Source: Ylistrum balloti (lineage: Eukaryota). From it: 64,000 bases of DNA. The stretch spans positions 248,001 to 312,000 of the forward strand of contig NW_026781890.1 in the NCBI RefSeq assembly GCF_031769215.1. Direction: 5' to 3'. Made by a program: the position numbers and the translations under genes. Below, piece by piece: positions 50,201 to 64,000 of this stretch. A model generated the notes under the pieces. The model searched no databases and had not been told where the DNA came from. It saw only the letters and a program-made list of their open reading frames with translations. The first letter of the stretch is position 1. Every line of letters begins with the position of its first letter.

Positions 50201-53200
50201 GTAATATTCGGAAAGCTAAAGGAGAAACCAAACAACTGGAAACAGAAAGTAAGAAAATGGAGGAGCGACTGAAAGAGTTAAGGATGGCCATGAACAGAGA
50301 GAAGGAGGAGAGGGAGTAAGTCAATAGATTATACTGTGTCAGTTATCTCCCTTTGTCTCTATCGTGTACATTCCAGTAACGAGCACTAAATGTCTGTGTC
50401 ATCTCCACTTGTCCTCATCATCTGCAATCCTATGGAGAGCACTGACTTATCTATCTCTTCATAAACCTGTAGAGAGCACTGAGTGTGTTGTGTCAGTAAT
50501 CTCCCCTTGTTTTCATATAGCGAGTGCTGACTATGTCATTTATATCCCCTTTTCTTCATGGTTTGCTAAAAAATACAATTGTGCCTGTAAATTAAACCAT
50601 AAAAAACCTATATTACTCTAACTTGTTATTATTAATTTATTTGATAAGGAGGTTTTGATTCTTTTTGCTAATTAGATTAGATAAATATTTAACCAAGATT
50701 TTTTTTTTTTTGCGATTTGAATTTAATCCTCATAAATCTTGTTTGAAATTTTTTCTGTACAGGAGACAGGGTGGAGGTTATTGGAGTCGTGGTCAGACTG
50801 GACATCTCAACAGCTATGCTACTGATGTACTCAATACAAAGCCTGCAAAGGTCCCTGCTGCCAAGGTAACACAAATGCTATAAAGACCCATTATTTACAA
50901 GCACTCCCACTAATTTTATATAGACTTGCTAAACCATATAAATTGAGTGTTGATTATGAAGAGACAGTAGAACAAGTAAATTGATCTTCTATCCTTGTAT
51001 AAAGTTTTCTATGATAAACATATCAGTAAGCAAGCCTATTTTTATCATTCTTACAGGATGGCAAGAGGAAAGTTAAAGTGCTGAAAGATACCACTTTAGG
51101 TAAGTTAATAGTTTGGTAACAGAATGGTCCTATGACAAATGTGTTTATGATCATAGAAAGAGTACCTGAAAACCAACTTTTTTTATGATCAGCTATGGGC
51201 CATCAGATTCTCCTGTGGTAAACAGGAAGAAAATCACAGACCTTTCAACTAGGATTCATTTCTTTGATCTGATGTGAAAATGTTTGGTGTCACTTATACT
51301 CAACCACATGGGTTTTTTCTACAGGTATCCTGATTTCTCCTCATGTGCTAAGATTTACATTGTCATCCGAGCTGACAGGATCGATTGTTATCACCTCTCC
51401 TACAATTGTTGTAAACTAGATAAAGTTTATACATTTCATATTTCAAAGCTACATGTCACAAAATGAATTATTTCGTTTCCAGATGTACCAGACAGACCTA
51501 AGCATCCAGGTACTATGGGATACATAGCTAAACAGGACGCATCACTTACCCCCAGAAGTAGGAACATCAAAGGACCTAAGTGTGGGCAGTGTGAAGAGAA
51601 GAGGGCTGCAGTGGTCAGTACATGGTCAAAAAACCCAAATAACCTGTTCTTGTCATGAATTCTGATGTAAATTATACAGTATTACAGACAGTATGTAGTT
51701 AATGATTTAATCTCATTAATAATAGTTTTGTAGTCATTTGATTACCTGTCATGTTTATCCTCAGAAATTTAAATCAGAGATATATTTCGACAGCATTATT
51801 AGACAGAATTTAGTCAATTAGTTGAATATGTACCATATAAGTGTCATGTATTAAACTGAGATCATAGTGGTTTTTAATAGACTTTGATTCAGCCATCTGA
51901 TATCACATTCATTTTAACAGGCTGTTTTTGTTACACGATTAATTGTGACTGAGTTCAAATCTAACTTTTTTCAGTAATATATGTGATTAATTTGATTGAT
52001 AGCTTAACAGAATGGTCTGGGTTTTTTTTGTAAAACAGTCTTGTGTTCAGTGTTCGGAACACTACTGTGCCAGCTGCTTTGCCGCCTTTCACCTGAGGGG
52101 TGCTCTGAAGAAACATAGATCTGTCCCACTCTCGGTATGTTTATTGTTAATATTACACTGAATTGTCTCCCTCTCTCAGTATGTTTGTTGTTAATATTAC
52201 ACTGATCTATTCCTCTCTGAGTATACTTGTTTTCAATGGTACACAAATCAAAATTTAATCTTTTTTGCACAGAATTATATTACTGGGCTAATGAAAGAAA
52301 AAGGGAGGTAATAATCATATTATGATTTAATCCCCAGGCATCTGGACCGCGTGTTTGTATGTCACCTCGACCACCACAGCCAAGCAATGGAGATAGGTAG
52401 GTATTATTTCTGATGAGCCATCTGATTATTTCATTTAGTTCAGCTGATATTATATGAAATTATATATATTATATACTCACTACACTTGTTAAATCATCGG
52501 ATCTGAAATAAAATTTAAAGATTTGTTTTTGGTTTTTTATAAAATGAAAAATTTTCCCACAAATTTGACAAACTAAGTGAGATAGTAAAATGTCTATATT
52601 CATACAAAACATACTGTGTAATATTTATCATCCTGCATGTTAACATGTCACATCACACACACAATCAGATGTTTAGTTTGAAAGAGGTTAACCTCTGATC
52701 AGAATTACAAACAGAAAATTAAAAAAATACACATGTTAAATAAAATACAGACTTCTTTCTTTCAATGCTGTAGAAGTGACTTGAAGCTAAGAGAGGTCAA
52801 ACAAATATTTTCACAAAACATACTCAAATTTTGTTTGTCATATTCATTTTTTTTCATTCAAAGTAATATTTTGAATTATGTGAAAGGTCTCTGTTTACTT
52901 GAAAGAAATATCAGAGAATACCCTAAATTCTCGAAAACAAGCTTATCTCAAAAATAAGCTTATCCTGTAGATAAGCCTGAAGTCTCTTACATAAGTAAAC
53001 CACTATTTGTTTATTATAATCAGAGAAAGTAACTCACATATCATTTTCGAGTTTTTAGGGCATTATCTTTTAAATGTGTTTGAATGTGTTTGATACTCTG
53101 ACAATCAGAGAAAGGTAAAAAGGTAAAAAGGTGTAGACACAGGTATGCTGTTACATGGCTGTTTATCCTTACTGTTTATATCTTTTCCAGGAGTATAGAT

Positions 53201-56200
53201 TTCCATGCCCCACCCCCGGCTGAGGGAGCTGAGGACCCTTACCTCGCAAAGATTCGGGTAATTAAAACATCTTCACTAGATAGTTAAAGTATATCAACAC
53301 TTTCTTTATGACAATACAATGCAACAAATAAAGATCGAGTGAAGAACCCATTCTTGTGTCCAGTCAAACAAACTTGACAATCAGGCCGCTGTTGCTCAGT
53401 TAATAGCAGTTACTAGTGGTTAGTAGAAAATGGAAATTGCTGCCACTGAACAAAAAGTGTTCAATGAAAAACCGATACTCCAAATTAATCTATCAGACCT
53501 ATCTGAACAAACTTACAACTGTAGAATAAAAAAAGTGTTACCAATTTTGTTTCATTCATTTTTGAAAATATTCACTAATCACTGCTTAGCTGTAATCAGC
53601 CTTTGAAAAGCTTGCTGCAGATTATACCTTAAATATTAATTCTTCAATCTGAAACCAAATTGTTTACTTGATTTACGTATACTAAAAGACACTTAAAAAG
53701 GTTAAGATGACTTACAAAGGTATGATTACATTATATATTGTATCAGAAAAAGACACTTACAAAGGTATGATGACATTATATATTGTATCAGAAAAAGACA
53801 CTTAAAAAGGTAAGATGACATTATATATTGTATCAGAAAAAGACACTTAAAAAGGTAAAGATAACATTATATATTGTATCAGAAAAAGACACTTAAAAAG
53901 GTATGATGACATTATATATTGTATCAGAAAAAGACACTTAAAAAGGTAAGATGACATTATATATTGTATCAGAAAAAGACACTTAAAAAGATATGATGAC
54001 ATTATATATTGTATCAGAAAAAGACACTTAAAAAGGTAAGATGACATTATATATTGTATCAGAAAAAGACACTTAAAAAGGTATGATGACATTATATATT
54101 GTATCAGAAAAAGACACTTACAAAGGTATGATGACATTATATATTGTATCAGAAAAAGACACTTAAAAAGGTAAGATGACATTATATATTGTATCAGAAA
54201 AAGACACTTAAAAAGATATGATGACATTATATATTGTATCAGAAAAAGACACTTAAAAAGGTATGATGACATTATATATTGTATCAGAAAAAGACACTTA
54301 CAAAGGTATGATGACATTATATATTGTATCAGAAAAAGACACTTACAAAGGTATGATGACATTATATATTGTATCAGAAAAAGACACTTAAAAAGGTATG
54401 ATGACATTATATATTGTATCAGAAAAAGACACTTACAAAGGTATGATGACATTATATATTGTATCAGAAAAAGACACTTAAAAAGGTAAGATGACATTAT
54501 ATATTGTATCAGAAAAAGACACTTAAAAAGGTAAGATGACATTATATATTGTATCAGAAAAAGACACTTAAAAAGATATGATGACATTATATATTGTATC
54601 AGAAAAAGACACTTAAAAAGATATGATGACATTATATATTATATCAGACGTCATGTTCTGGTGCATGTTTACCTTATGATTCTATAGTATAATTTGTAAA
54701 TACAGGACATTTCATGTTACTCTATTTGTTTGCTTTTGCTTTTTTGAGATTTTCTGAAGGTTGCTCTCTCATTCTTCAGGCTCAGAGGGACCGTAACAGC
54801 CCTGAAGGAGCCAGTGGATCGTTTGACCAGAATGGTCTGATGGAAGGGGAGTATAATGAGGCAGAGAGTGCAGCATCATTCCAGCAGGCATTGTTAGCCT
54901 GGAGAAATGGTAACAATAGTGATGTTCCAACAACCCCTCCCAAACCTGTGTCTCAGAAACGGATCAGTCCCAGAAAGGTTGCTTACTCTCCTGTCAAAAC
55001 TCCAAGTAAGACAACATCATAATTGATTTGTTTTGTCATTGTTTCTTAATCTGTTGGTACATGTAAGTCTAAGAGCATCAAATCTTGTGAAAGCCATCAA
55101 AACCAAAGCATGGTGATTCAAATATCTCGACAGAATCTCCTATGGGACCAATTTCCATCTTGATCAAGTTAATAAAGATGAATCATAGATATGAGATATG
55201 TAGAGAATATAAAATATATCTCATTCAATTTTTGGAAAAAAGACATGATAATTTTCTGAAACCTGTTGTGTTGAATTGTATCCTTGAATACAGTATATTA
55301 TATCAGTTTCAATAAGATTTCTTTATCACCTTTGTTTTTATTTTTTCCCACTAATCCTTGCAAATGATATACCGATGATACCTAGACATGAGGTAGAAAT
55401 GTTTTACACTAGATAGAAATATTTCATCTGATCATTATCTGTAACAATTCAGTTAGGTTTTAGTATAAATAAGTTTGAAGGAAAACAAGATATTTGTGAT
55501 TCAACTTGTGTACACAATGTTAAGTGACTTAGGAGTATATGTTATGTCTTTTCCTCCATGCAGCTGTACAGGTGGAGTTTGGAACATCAACAATACAAGA
55601 AAAAGAAAACATAGAAATAAAGTTTACGTCCAACATGTCTTACGCTGATCGACTTTTACTGAAGAAGCACAGGAGGACAGAGGTGGGTAAGATGGCCACC
55701 CCCAGACTTGGGGACTGGGAAGGACAGGATGAGCCTGACCCAAGATCTAGGTCTATTACTCCCTACCAAGAACGCAGGACCAGAGATCGGCATCAGACAC
55801 CACGTCAGGACCCCTGGTTAGCTGGACCATCTACACCTCGTGTGGAGCCATTATTCTCCTCCAGGGAAGAAGAGTGTAAGACCTTAAACAGATATTGTTT
55901 TATGTTTTCAGGTTCTCTAGCATTTAAATGTAGCTACGCACTTGCAATTAAACTGCTGTTTAACATAAGACTCATTTGCACATTTAAGTTAATGAGGATG
56001 TTATAAGCATATATATATGTGAGTGTGTGTGTGTGTTTATGTGTGTGTGTAAGGGTGTGTGTTTGTTTTGTTTATAATTATATGCCAATCAAAAATATTT
56101 TGCTTCGTCAACAGATTATTTTCATAATTGATAGTCTTAATCAACATAATTTATATCAATTTTAATAAAAGAATGTATTTCTCTTTGGCATGGGGCAGTT

Positions 56201-59200
56201 GTATAGTGATATAAATTTTACAGGAGTCTACAGTTCTATTTGGTGTAAAAGCAGCCAATGAAATGTGATCTAACAACTTAGCTGTGCTATATAGGTGGTA
56301 ATATAAATATTCATTAGGTTTATGGTTGAATATGTTTCTTTAAACATTTATATGTTATATATAGTACAACCAGTCAACTTCCAAGCCCTTTATGAAGCAG
56401 TGAAGTATTCTGAGACTGGGTCCAATCAACCATCACGAACGGTCAGTGGTGGAATGACCATTGAAGAGATAGACGATGTTGTTAGCCCTGTAAGTATGAT
56501 GTTTTAAGCTGACCTAAGGTCAGAATGCTGACTTGATCACATCTTGTGGTGACATTATGGTTCAGAACTTTGCAGTTACTATGATACCCTTGTTCTGTAT
56601 TGATCTAGCCTTGACCTCTAGCATGGGCTATGTAATGGACCTCTTGAAATGTCAATAGTTTATGGTTTCCTGAAACTAAATCTCCTATTTATACACACTG
56701 ACTTCATTTTAATTAAAAATGAATTATTTAAGATATTTATTCATTTTTAAGGTGCTTTCACAATATCATTATGAATTGAGGTGATATTTCTCTAACTTAA
56801 TGATACGTCCCTACCTATAAATAAACTTTAAGTTCTATAAATAACATTTATAGGTTAAGAAGAAGAAGTTGTACTTTAAGTTAATAGGCTGTTCTACTCT
56901 ATGTTAATTTCTATGAGAACTGAGAAAAATCTGTGTTTTGTTTGAATTGTTTGAATAAATTTTAATTGGATTCAATTTTTGGGGGCTTTCAGTTATTGTG
57001 TTACAATAAATCTTGTAGATGCCAAGAAGTATGTACTGTAATAGTGTAAGTATTGGGTATTACACATATATATTGGCTAGACTTTAGACGTTGTGTAGAT
57101 CTGTACATCTGTACATTGATACATTTATATAATTCAGCTCATGTTTTTGTTTATGTCTGTAGAAGCATCATAAGTGACTGCACTGTGCATGTTATGCCTA
57201 TGTAGTACCTTTGATATATACAGTATTAAACTTTAATTGTGATGTATTAAATTACTCCTTAGATTATCAACTTATATACAAATGATTTAAGGCGTTAACT
57301 GGTTATAAAAGATTATCGAATTGTTTACAAATAATGTAAACAGTGAACTGGTTATAACAGATTATCAAGTTATCTACAAATAATGTTAACTGTTAACTGG
57401 TTATAAAAGATTATTAAGTTATCTACAAATAATGTTAACTGTTAACTGGTTATAAAAGATTATCAAGTTATCTACAAATATTGTAAACAGTGAACTGGTT
57501 ATAACAGATTATCAAGTTATCTACAAATAATGTTAACTGTAAACTGGTTAAAAAAGATTATCAAGTTATCTACAAATAATGTTAACTGTAAACTGGTTAT
57601 AACAGATTATTAAGTTATCTACAAATAATGTTAACTGTAAACTGGTTATAAAAGATTATCAAATCATTTACAAATATTGTAAACAGTGAACTGGTTATAA
57701 CAGATTATCAAGTTATCTACAAATATTGTAAACAGTGAACTGGTTATAACAGATTATCAAGTTATCTACAAATAATGTAAACAGTGAACTGGTTATAACA
57801 GATTATCAAGTTATCTACAAATAATGTAAACAGTGAACTGGTTATAACAGATTATCAAGTTATCTACAAATAATGTTAACTGTTAACTGGTTATAAAAGA
57901 TTATCAAGTTATCTACAAATATTGTAAACAGTGAACTGGTTATAACAGATTATCAAGTTATCTACAAATAATGTAAACAGTGAACTGGTTATAACAGATT
58001 ATCAAGTTATCTACAAATAATGTTAACTGTTAACTGGTTATAAAAGATTATCAAGTTATCTACAAATATTGTAAACAGTGAACTGGTTATAACAGATTAT
58101 CAAGTTATCTACAAATAATGTTAACTGTAAACTGATTAAAAAAGATTATCAAGTTATCTACAAATAATGTAAACAGTGAACTGGTTATAAAAGATTATCA
58201 AGTTATCTACAAATATTGTAAACAGTGAACTGGTTATAACAGATTATCAAGTTATCTACAAATAATGTTAACTGTAAACTGGTTATAACAGATTATCAAG
58301 TTATCTACAAATAATGTTAACTGTAAACTGGTTATAAAAGATTATCAAATCATTTACAAATATTGTAAACAGTGAACTGGTTATAACAGATTATCAAGTT
58401 ATCTACAAATAATGTTAACTGTAAACTGGTTATAAAAGATTATCAGATCATTTACAAATAATGTTAACTGTAAACTGGTTATAACAGATTATCAAGTTAT
58501 CTACAAATAATGTTAACTGTAAACTGGTTATAACAGATTATCAAGTTATCTACAAATATTGTAAACCGTGAACTGGTTATAACAGATTATCAACTTATAT
58601 ACAAATGATTTAAGCCGTAAACTGGTTATAAAAGATTATCAAATCATTTACAAATATTGTAAACAGTGAACTGGTTATAACAGATTATAAAGTTATCTAC
58701 AAATAATGTTAACTGTAAACTGGTTATAAAAGATTATCAAATCATTTACAAATAATGTAAACAGTGAACTGGTTATAAGATCAGTCTTTATCTGTTAATA
58801 AGGATATGTTAGGCACAATACATTAAGGGGTTACCTGTATGTACTATCACATTAATGTGTAAATTATCTCCCTTAAAATATAATTCAACAACATGTTTAA
58901 TTATAATTAGCATTACTGTAACATTTGCTTCTGTAAGAAGACATAAGATCTAGTAAACAAAATAACTCTTTAAAACCTTTGATACATTTGATTTGTAAGA
59001 ACAATGTGTAGATGAGACATGAACTACTTGGCTGTTCACTTGATATGTACAAGGATCACTTCCCTTCATCAGTCCATACCAGTGACAAAACAGGCACTCA
59101 ATCTTTAAAACAACCATATTATTAACCTTCTCTGAACCCATTTTTGGATAAACAATGCTTAGAATTCAGAAAAATAAAAGCCTCTCCCATTAGCATAAAA

Positions 59201-62200
59201 AAAATGTCTGATGTTTAATGTCTGTAATAAGTGTAATGGTTTTTTTTACTTCAGGACAGTATGTTAGAGAATGACATATGCCACACAGTAAGTGTCTGTG
59301 TTGACTTTAACGCCAGGGACACAACACATACTTGTGTGATTATCACTTATGGTGATACACTTTGTTCAATGTTTTCAACTGTAAAACACTGTCATAATCC
59401 ATGCAATTGATCAATGCATTTTATCATCACTGATTAAATCCCATCATTAAGTAAAATTGAATCAGCCATGATGATGTTTAAAATGATAAGCTAATGGTCT
59501 TGTCACAAATTGTAATTATCATTTATCAATTAATGTTGAACTGATTCAAAGTACCAGTCACAGTTCCCTCTTTATGCACTCAAGTCTGTTTCCTTATTGT
59601 CACTTATGAGTTTTATTTCTCACCATAAGAATTTACTCACTATTCAACACCAATCCTTTAATTAAATATTTAACTGTTTTATTGTAAGATTGAAACAATA
59701 TACGGTATAATCAACTACATAATATGGTACTATAGTTGTATTGTATAGAATTGTTTTTATTGATCATTTGACAATTAATTCTGATGATAAAAAAAAGCAG
59801 ATTTTGCAGAAGTCGGGTGATCTGCTGCCTTAATACTTAATGTTCTGTAAATGATATCTCTGGACATACATAGTGTGGTAAGAACTCTCTGCTGTGTCAA
59901 AATTGAATAATTTAATAAAATCTCACTGATGTATTGATGAAGTTTTCCCTCAATTTGCTAATGATATGGTATAAAGTTTAGTGTTATATTCTTGAATTTT
60001 CTACTAAATGATTGATGTGTGTATTGTTCTATAGGATAAAGATATTTAGACAATTTTAGTGTAATCTATATCCTGTATGTTGTTCTAATGCATTAATTAT
60101 TAGGGAAAGCATTTAGTTAGATTCTACAATAGCTGTACCTGTACCATGACAAATTTGATTGGTGTCTCGCTTGTAATGCAGTGTCCCTGGTTCATTTAAG
60201 TAACCTAATAATGCGGATAAAATGAGTCAAATTCAAGGTGAAAAACATTTCCCATTCCAGTTTCAGGAGAAATGCTGACTGAAGTTGTATATTAGTGGTG
60301 TATATTGTAATCACTGAATCATTAACTATGACAGAATGAGACGCAGAGCCATTCAGTTCATGTGTTGTGTGAAATTTTCAGGCTCTGAAGAAAGTTGAGG
60401 AGACATCAGCATGTCTGGTTGAGGAGCTGGATGATCCAGAAGACTGGAGTCTTAATCAAAATGGGTAGGTATAGACACTCTATAGTAATGTGATACTATT
60501 TCTGGTTTAATATACAAACCAGTGGCCTCCCACTACTTGAGGTACTGATTGGACTATTATAGAGAAACCCTGCAGGACTCATTCTGCTGAATAGTTGCAA
60601 CAATTGACTTTTTTTTCTAATATTTCTATATAATTTTTCCTTTCCTTTCCTGGCTAACGATACCTATTGAGCAGTTATGTTGTAGGAGTTGTGCCTGCTG
60701 TCCCCATGATATCATAAGATTGGTTTTCTTTTCTTTTGGTCTTTGTGTTCATCAGCATCAAATGCCACACTGATGAAGGACAAATAAGCTGTATGATGCA
60801 GTTTAATTCATTTTTAGCCTGACTGTTTCTCACTCTAAGTTATAAAAAGATGCTATGCACTTGAGTGTCTTTTGTACAATTCACCCAAGTGATTTCTAAT
60901 TTAGAAAGTGTATGAATTCTGTCTCCTGTTTAAGGAAGGGTGCAAATTCTCTCCCCTGATTGATGAAGGGTATGAATTCTGTCCTGGCATGGAGAAAGGG
61001 TATGAATTCTGTCCTTGCATGGAGAAAGGGTATGAATTCTGTCCTCGCATGGAGAAGGGTATGAATTCTGTCTCCTGATTAAGAAAGGATATAAATTCTC
61101 TCCCCTGATTGAGGAAAGATATGAATTCTGTCCTCTGACCGAGCTAGAGTACTAGATCAAATTCTGGAAATTTGTTAGTCTATTATCATTATGCTGTGAC
61201 TCAGTGGAGTAACATACTGCTGTGTCCATGTTATGACACTTTAGAATTACAACACCTTTGATTGGCTCCATGATCTTTTTAGGCTATATAAAACCTTCAA
61301 TAACTACATGTAATATTTAGCAAGAAATATTGTTAGCTGTTAACCAGAAAGGATACAAATTGTACATGATAAAATTGGCACTATAATGCTGCTCTCTCCT
61401 TCATGTCTTCTTCAGTCACAGTCACAATATCTCTTAAGATTAATGGTCATGATGTCATATGTCTAGATTTAGGGATGTATGGTTGTTTGATTTCCCTCTA
61501 TCTTTGGTGACCAAGAATACAGCAAAACTAGATCCTTGTGAATATTATCAACCATACAGTAAATGAAAGTGTTTCTTTGGCAGACTCAGTTGAAATTATT
61601 TCCAGATGTCTCTGGCTGTTACAAGGATGTGAAACTCACAACATCCAGCCAATAAGCTTAAATAGATTTTTGTGTCATTAAGAGCTAGAAACATGCGAGG
61701 ATAATATCATTTGTTATGAGTGGAAATGGAAATTTGTTGGAAGGAGTTTATTGTTTATATTTAAGACGATATGAAACAAAATGATGTAAGTGATTAGTTT
61801 TCTTACCTTAGTTACTGTTTTTTTTTTACTCTAGGTCATCCTCTAACTATCATCAAAATATGGTTTTTGACACCAACACACCCAAGTCTCGTAAATCCCT
61901 CAGAACGCCAAAGACACCTGGCCGTAAAACCAAGACAAACCTTCAGACTGATACTGATATGGTTACTCAAGATCCTGAGGACTACACCAGAGTTCAGCCA
62001 CCTTTGCAAACAGAACCAAATCTTGCCAGGTCTACGCACCACAAAACTAAAAAAAGTTATGTGGAATATTCATCTTCTGACACATCAACACATCCTCTTA
62101 CCATGCCTGACACAGCAACAAGGAAACCGCCAACATCTTCAGCTAAGTCACGCCCTCAATCAAGTGCGAAATCCCGACCTCAATCATCTGCTAAGTCACG

Positions 62201-63455
62201 ACCACAATCATCAGCTCGGACCAAGAGTCGTCAAAATAGCTACACACAGTCACGCCCTGGTTCGAGGGCCAAAAGTCGTACAAACTCACGTATGGAAGGG
62301 TATGTGTCATCTAATTAATCGTTAACGAATCATGACAATTTATCAGATCTGAATCTTCCGAAAGTTTCATGTATTGCTTTCCTTACTTTGATATAGGACA
62401 TGTATTATTCAATGAATTTTTCCTGATGGCAGAAATATTGAATACTCTAATCCTAGTTTCTTACATGTGAGATTTACTATTGCAAATTTTGTGTTAGAAG
62501 CAATTTGAATTTTTACGATGGAAGTAATAATGATGATAATAGTTATCTGTCATATAGTCTGCCTTGTAGTAAGGTAGTACTGCTAACTTGTTATGTTGAA
62601 GAAATAAGAATGTCAGTTTTCATAATGTTAACAGTTATAGATTTTGAAAACATTTGTCTTGTTATAACAAATGAAGTGTAACTTTTCTCAGGAGTGATAG
62701 ATATGTTTAATTTTATGGAATTTGAAGTGTATGACATGTCCATTAATACATTTGTATCTGTCTTTAGAGATGGTGTCCTTACTAAGGGACCCAGTCAGGG
62801 GTTGCTGCAGGTCGCCATGATGAACCAAAATGACATTTTAGGGGACAGACAGAAAAGCTACAGCTCAGCGTTTAATGAATTCTTTATGTTAGGTGTACAA
62901 CCTGAACAGACGGAGAGAACAATGACACCATCTAAACATAAAGACAGTCGTACCGAAAAGGTCAAGGTCAGCAGCCAGTGTAAGTAACTACAGTCAAGGT
63001 CTTTTGATATTGATGCAAAGGTCGGTGTTAAATATGTTAAGATTTACAGCTCTCCTTGGAAGTAAATAATTATGTAAAAATAAAATAAAATAAAATGAAG
63101 ATTTTATTCCAAATCCAACGATGAATGGTATTTGATATTTAAGGAACTTATGCCATATTTGTGTTAAAGTGTATCAGATGGCCCCTCGCTCCTGGCGACC
63201 TGACAGTAGTCTAGCTGATACAGTGGACACAGAGACTGTACAGAAAGACAGTGATGCCATTGAGATGGTTGAAGCCACCACACCTGTTCCCCTTGATATC
63301 ACCGACCAGCCCAACCCTCTGGACGTTGGAGGCCGCGCCAGTGTTCTATCCTTCATCAACAATGAGATGGATTGTATTACCCAGAGGGCCGAAGCCAACA
63401 TGGTGTCCCTCCTTACGAAGGAGCTCTCTTTTGATGATGAGACAGAATTACAGTT
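47268..63455 (+). CDS. ZBBX: Zinc finger B-box domain-containing protein (ZBBX), 3' end beyond the window
   Basis: Exons: 47268 (or 47292)-47353, [47913-47924], 50202-50315, 50763-50865, 51057-51099, 51483-51613, 52039-52134, 52338-52396, 53191-53257, 54780-55005, 55564-55875, 56365-56489, [57019-57045], [59255-59287], 60382-60464, 61835-62299, 62768-62979, 63170-63455. Phases are consistent; brackets mark tentative exons. N-terminal coiled coil; B-box [37 protein letters not shown]; [21 protein letters not shown] and [14 protein letters not shown] match ZBBX conserved blocks as I recall them. Confidence 0.9.
53685..54647. repeat. 45-bp minisatellite x~21 in a ZBBX intron
   Basis: gatgacattatatattgtatcagaaaaagacactta(a/c)aaaggta(a/t); matches the 15-aa periodicity of the spurious minus-strand ORF. 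Confidence 0.97.
57297..58778. repeat. 49-bp minisatellite x~30 in a ZBBX intron
   Basis: ctggttataacagattatcaagttatctacaaataatgttaactgtaaa with two alternating subtypes; period 49 (57299, 57348). Confidence 0.96.
60910..61135. repeat. Degenerate ~30-bp minisatellite x~7
   Basis: Recurring ggtatgaattctgtc core. Confidence 0.8.
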
Positions 63456-64000
63456 GTAAGTGTATATTTATTATGATAGATAAATATGATGTTTGATTAT
63501 CAGTGATGTCATGAGCCACTTGTTTGCCAAAAGAGATAATCAGGTTGCTTTCCTTCCAACGAGACTGGTTTTTTTTATTGTGAGTGAGCTGTTCAGGACC
63601 ATCTCCCAAAGTTTCACCTATCTACTACAAACATATATATTTCAATACTTTATTGTTTTTTTCAGTTCTGTACTTTGTATATATCACACATTTAGCAAAG
63701 TTTTGTGAGGAAAAGCTATGCTCACCCTATATAACCTAATATTTGTTATCAAGGTGCTTTCTTTTTTCAGTCAGTATTTGACTTAGTATGCTGACTTTCA
63801 CAGATTGTTTTTTTAATCCAATATTGATGCTATGGAGATTTATTGTGAAAGAAAGATGATTTTTTTTAACACAAAATGAAGAATGTTGAATGGCTTGCTC
63901 CTCTTCCATCATAGCTGGAGCTATAACATACAAATTTTACAGACAATATCCAGTACATTTATGTTACTGGTTACTACCATTATATCTACCATTTTATTGG

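Noticed and set aside
53847-54632. 261-aa minus-strand ORF ([15 protein letters not shown])n
   Set aside because: Artefact of the 45-bp repeat

Overview
AT-rich animal genomic DNA, most likely from a bivalve mollusc (inferred from the TLR type and repeat families), with one 141-N gap. Three protein-coding genes are supported: (1) a Toll-like receptor on + with an uninterrupted CDS (16761-20516), a multiple-cysteine-cluster ectodomain and two tandem TIR domains; (2) a complete 18-exon SF3A1 on - (27377-45209, 777 aa from my manual exon assembly) whose first intron has U12-type signals; (3) a 3'-incomplete ZBBX on + (from about 45.4 kb) sharing a compact divergent promoter with SF3A1. Upstream are a near full-length but decayed CR1-type LINE (PHD-finger ORF1, APE-RT ORF2) whose 5' UTR carries a regularly spaced 23-bp motif, an SGNH-esterase-like remnant and a Penelope-like RT remnant. 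Introns carry many distinct minisatellites, several copied from exon-intron junctions so that they multiply splice-site sequences. There are also two TIR MITEs and Helentron-like non-autonomous elements. All assignments are by manual reading; no searches were run.
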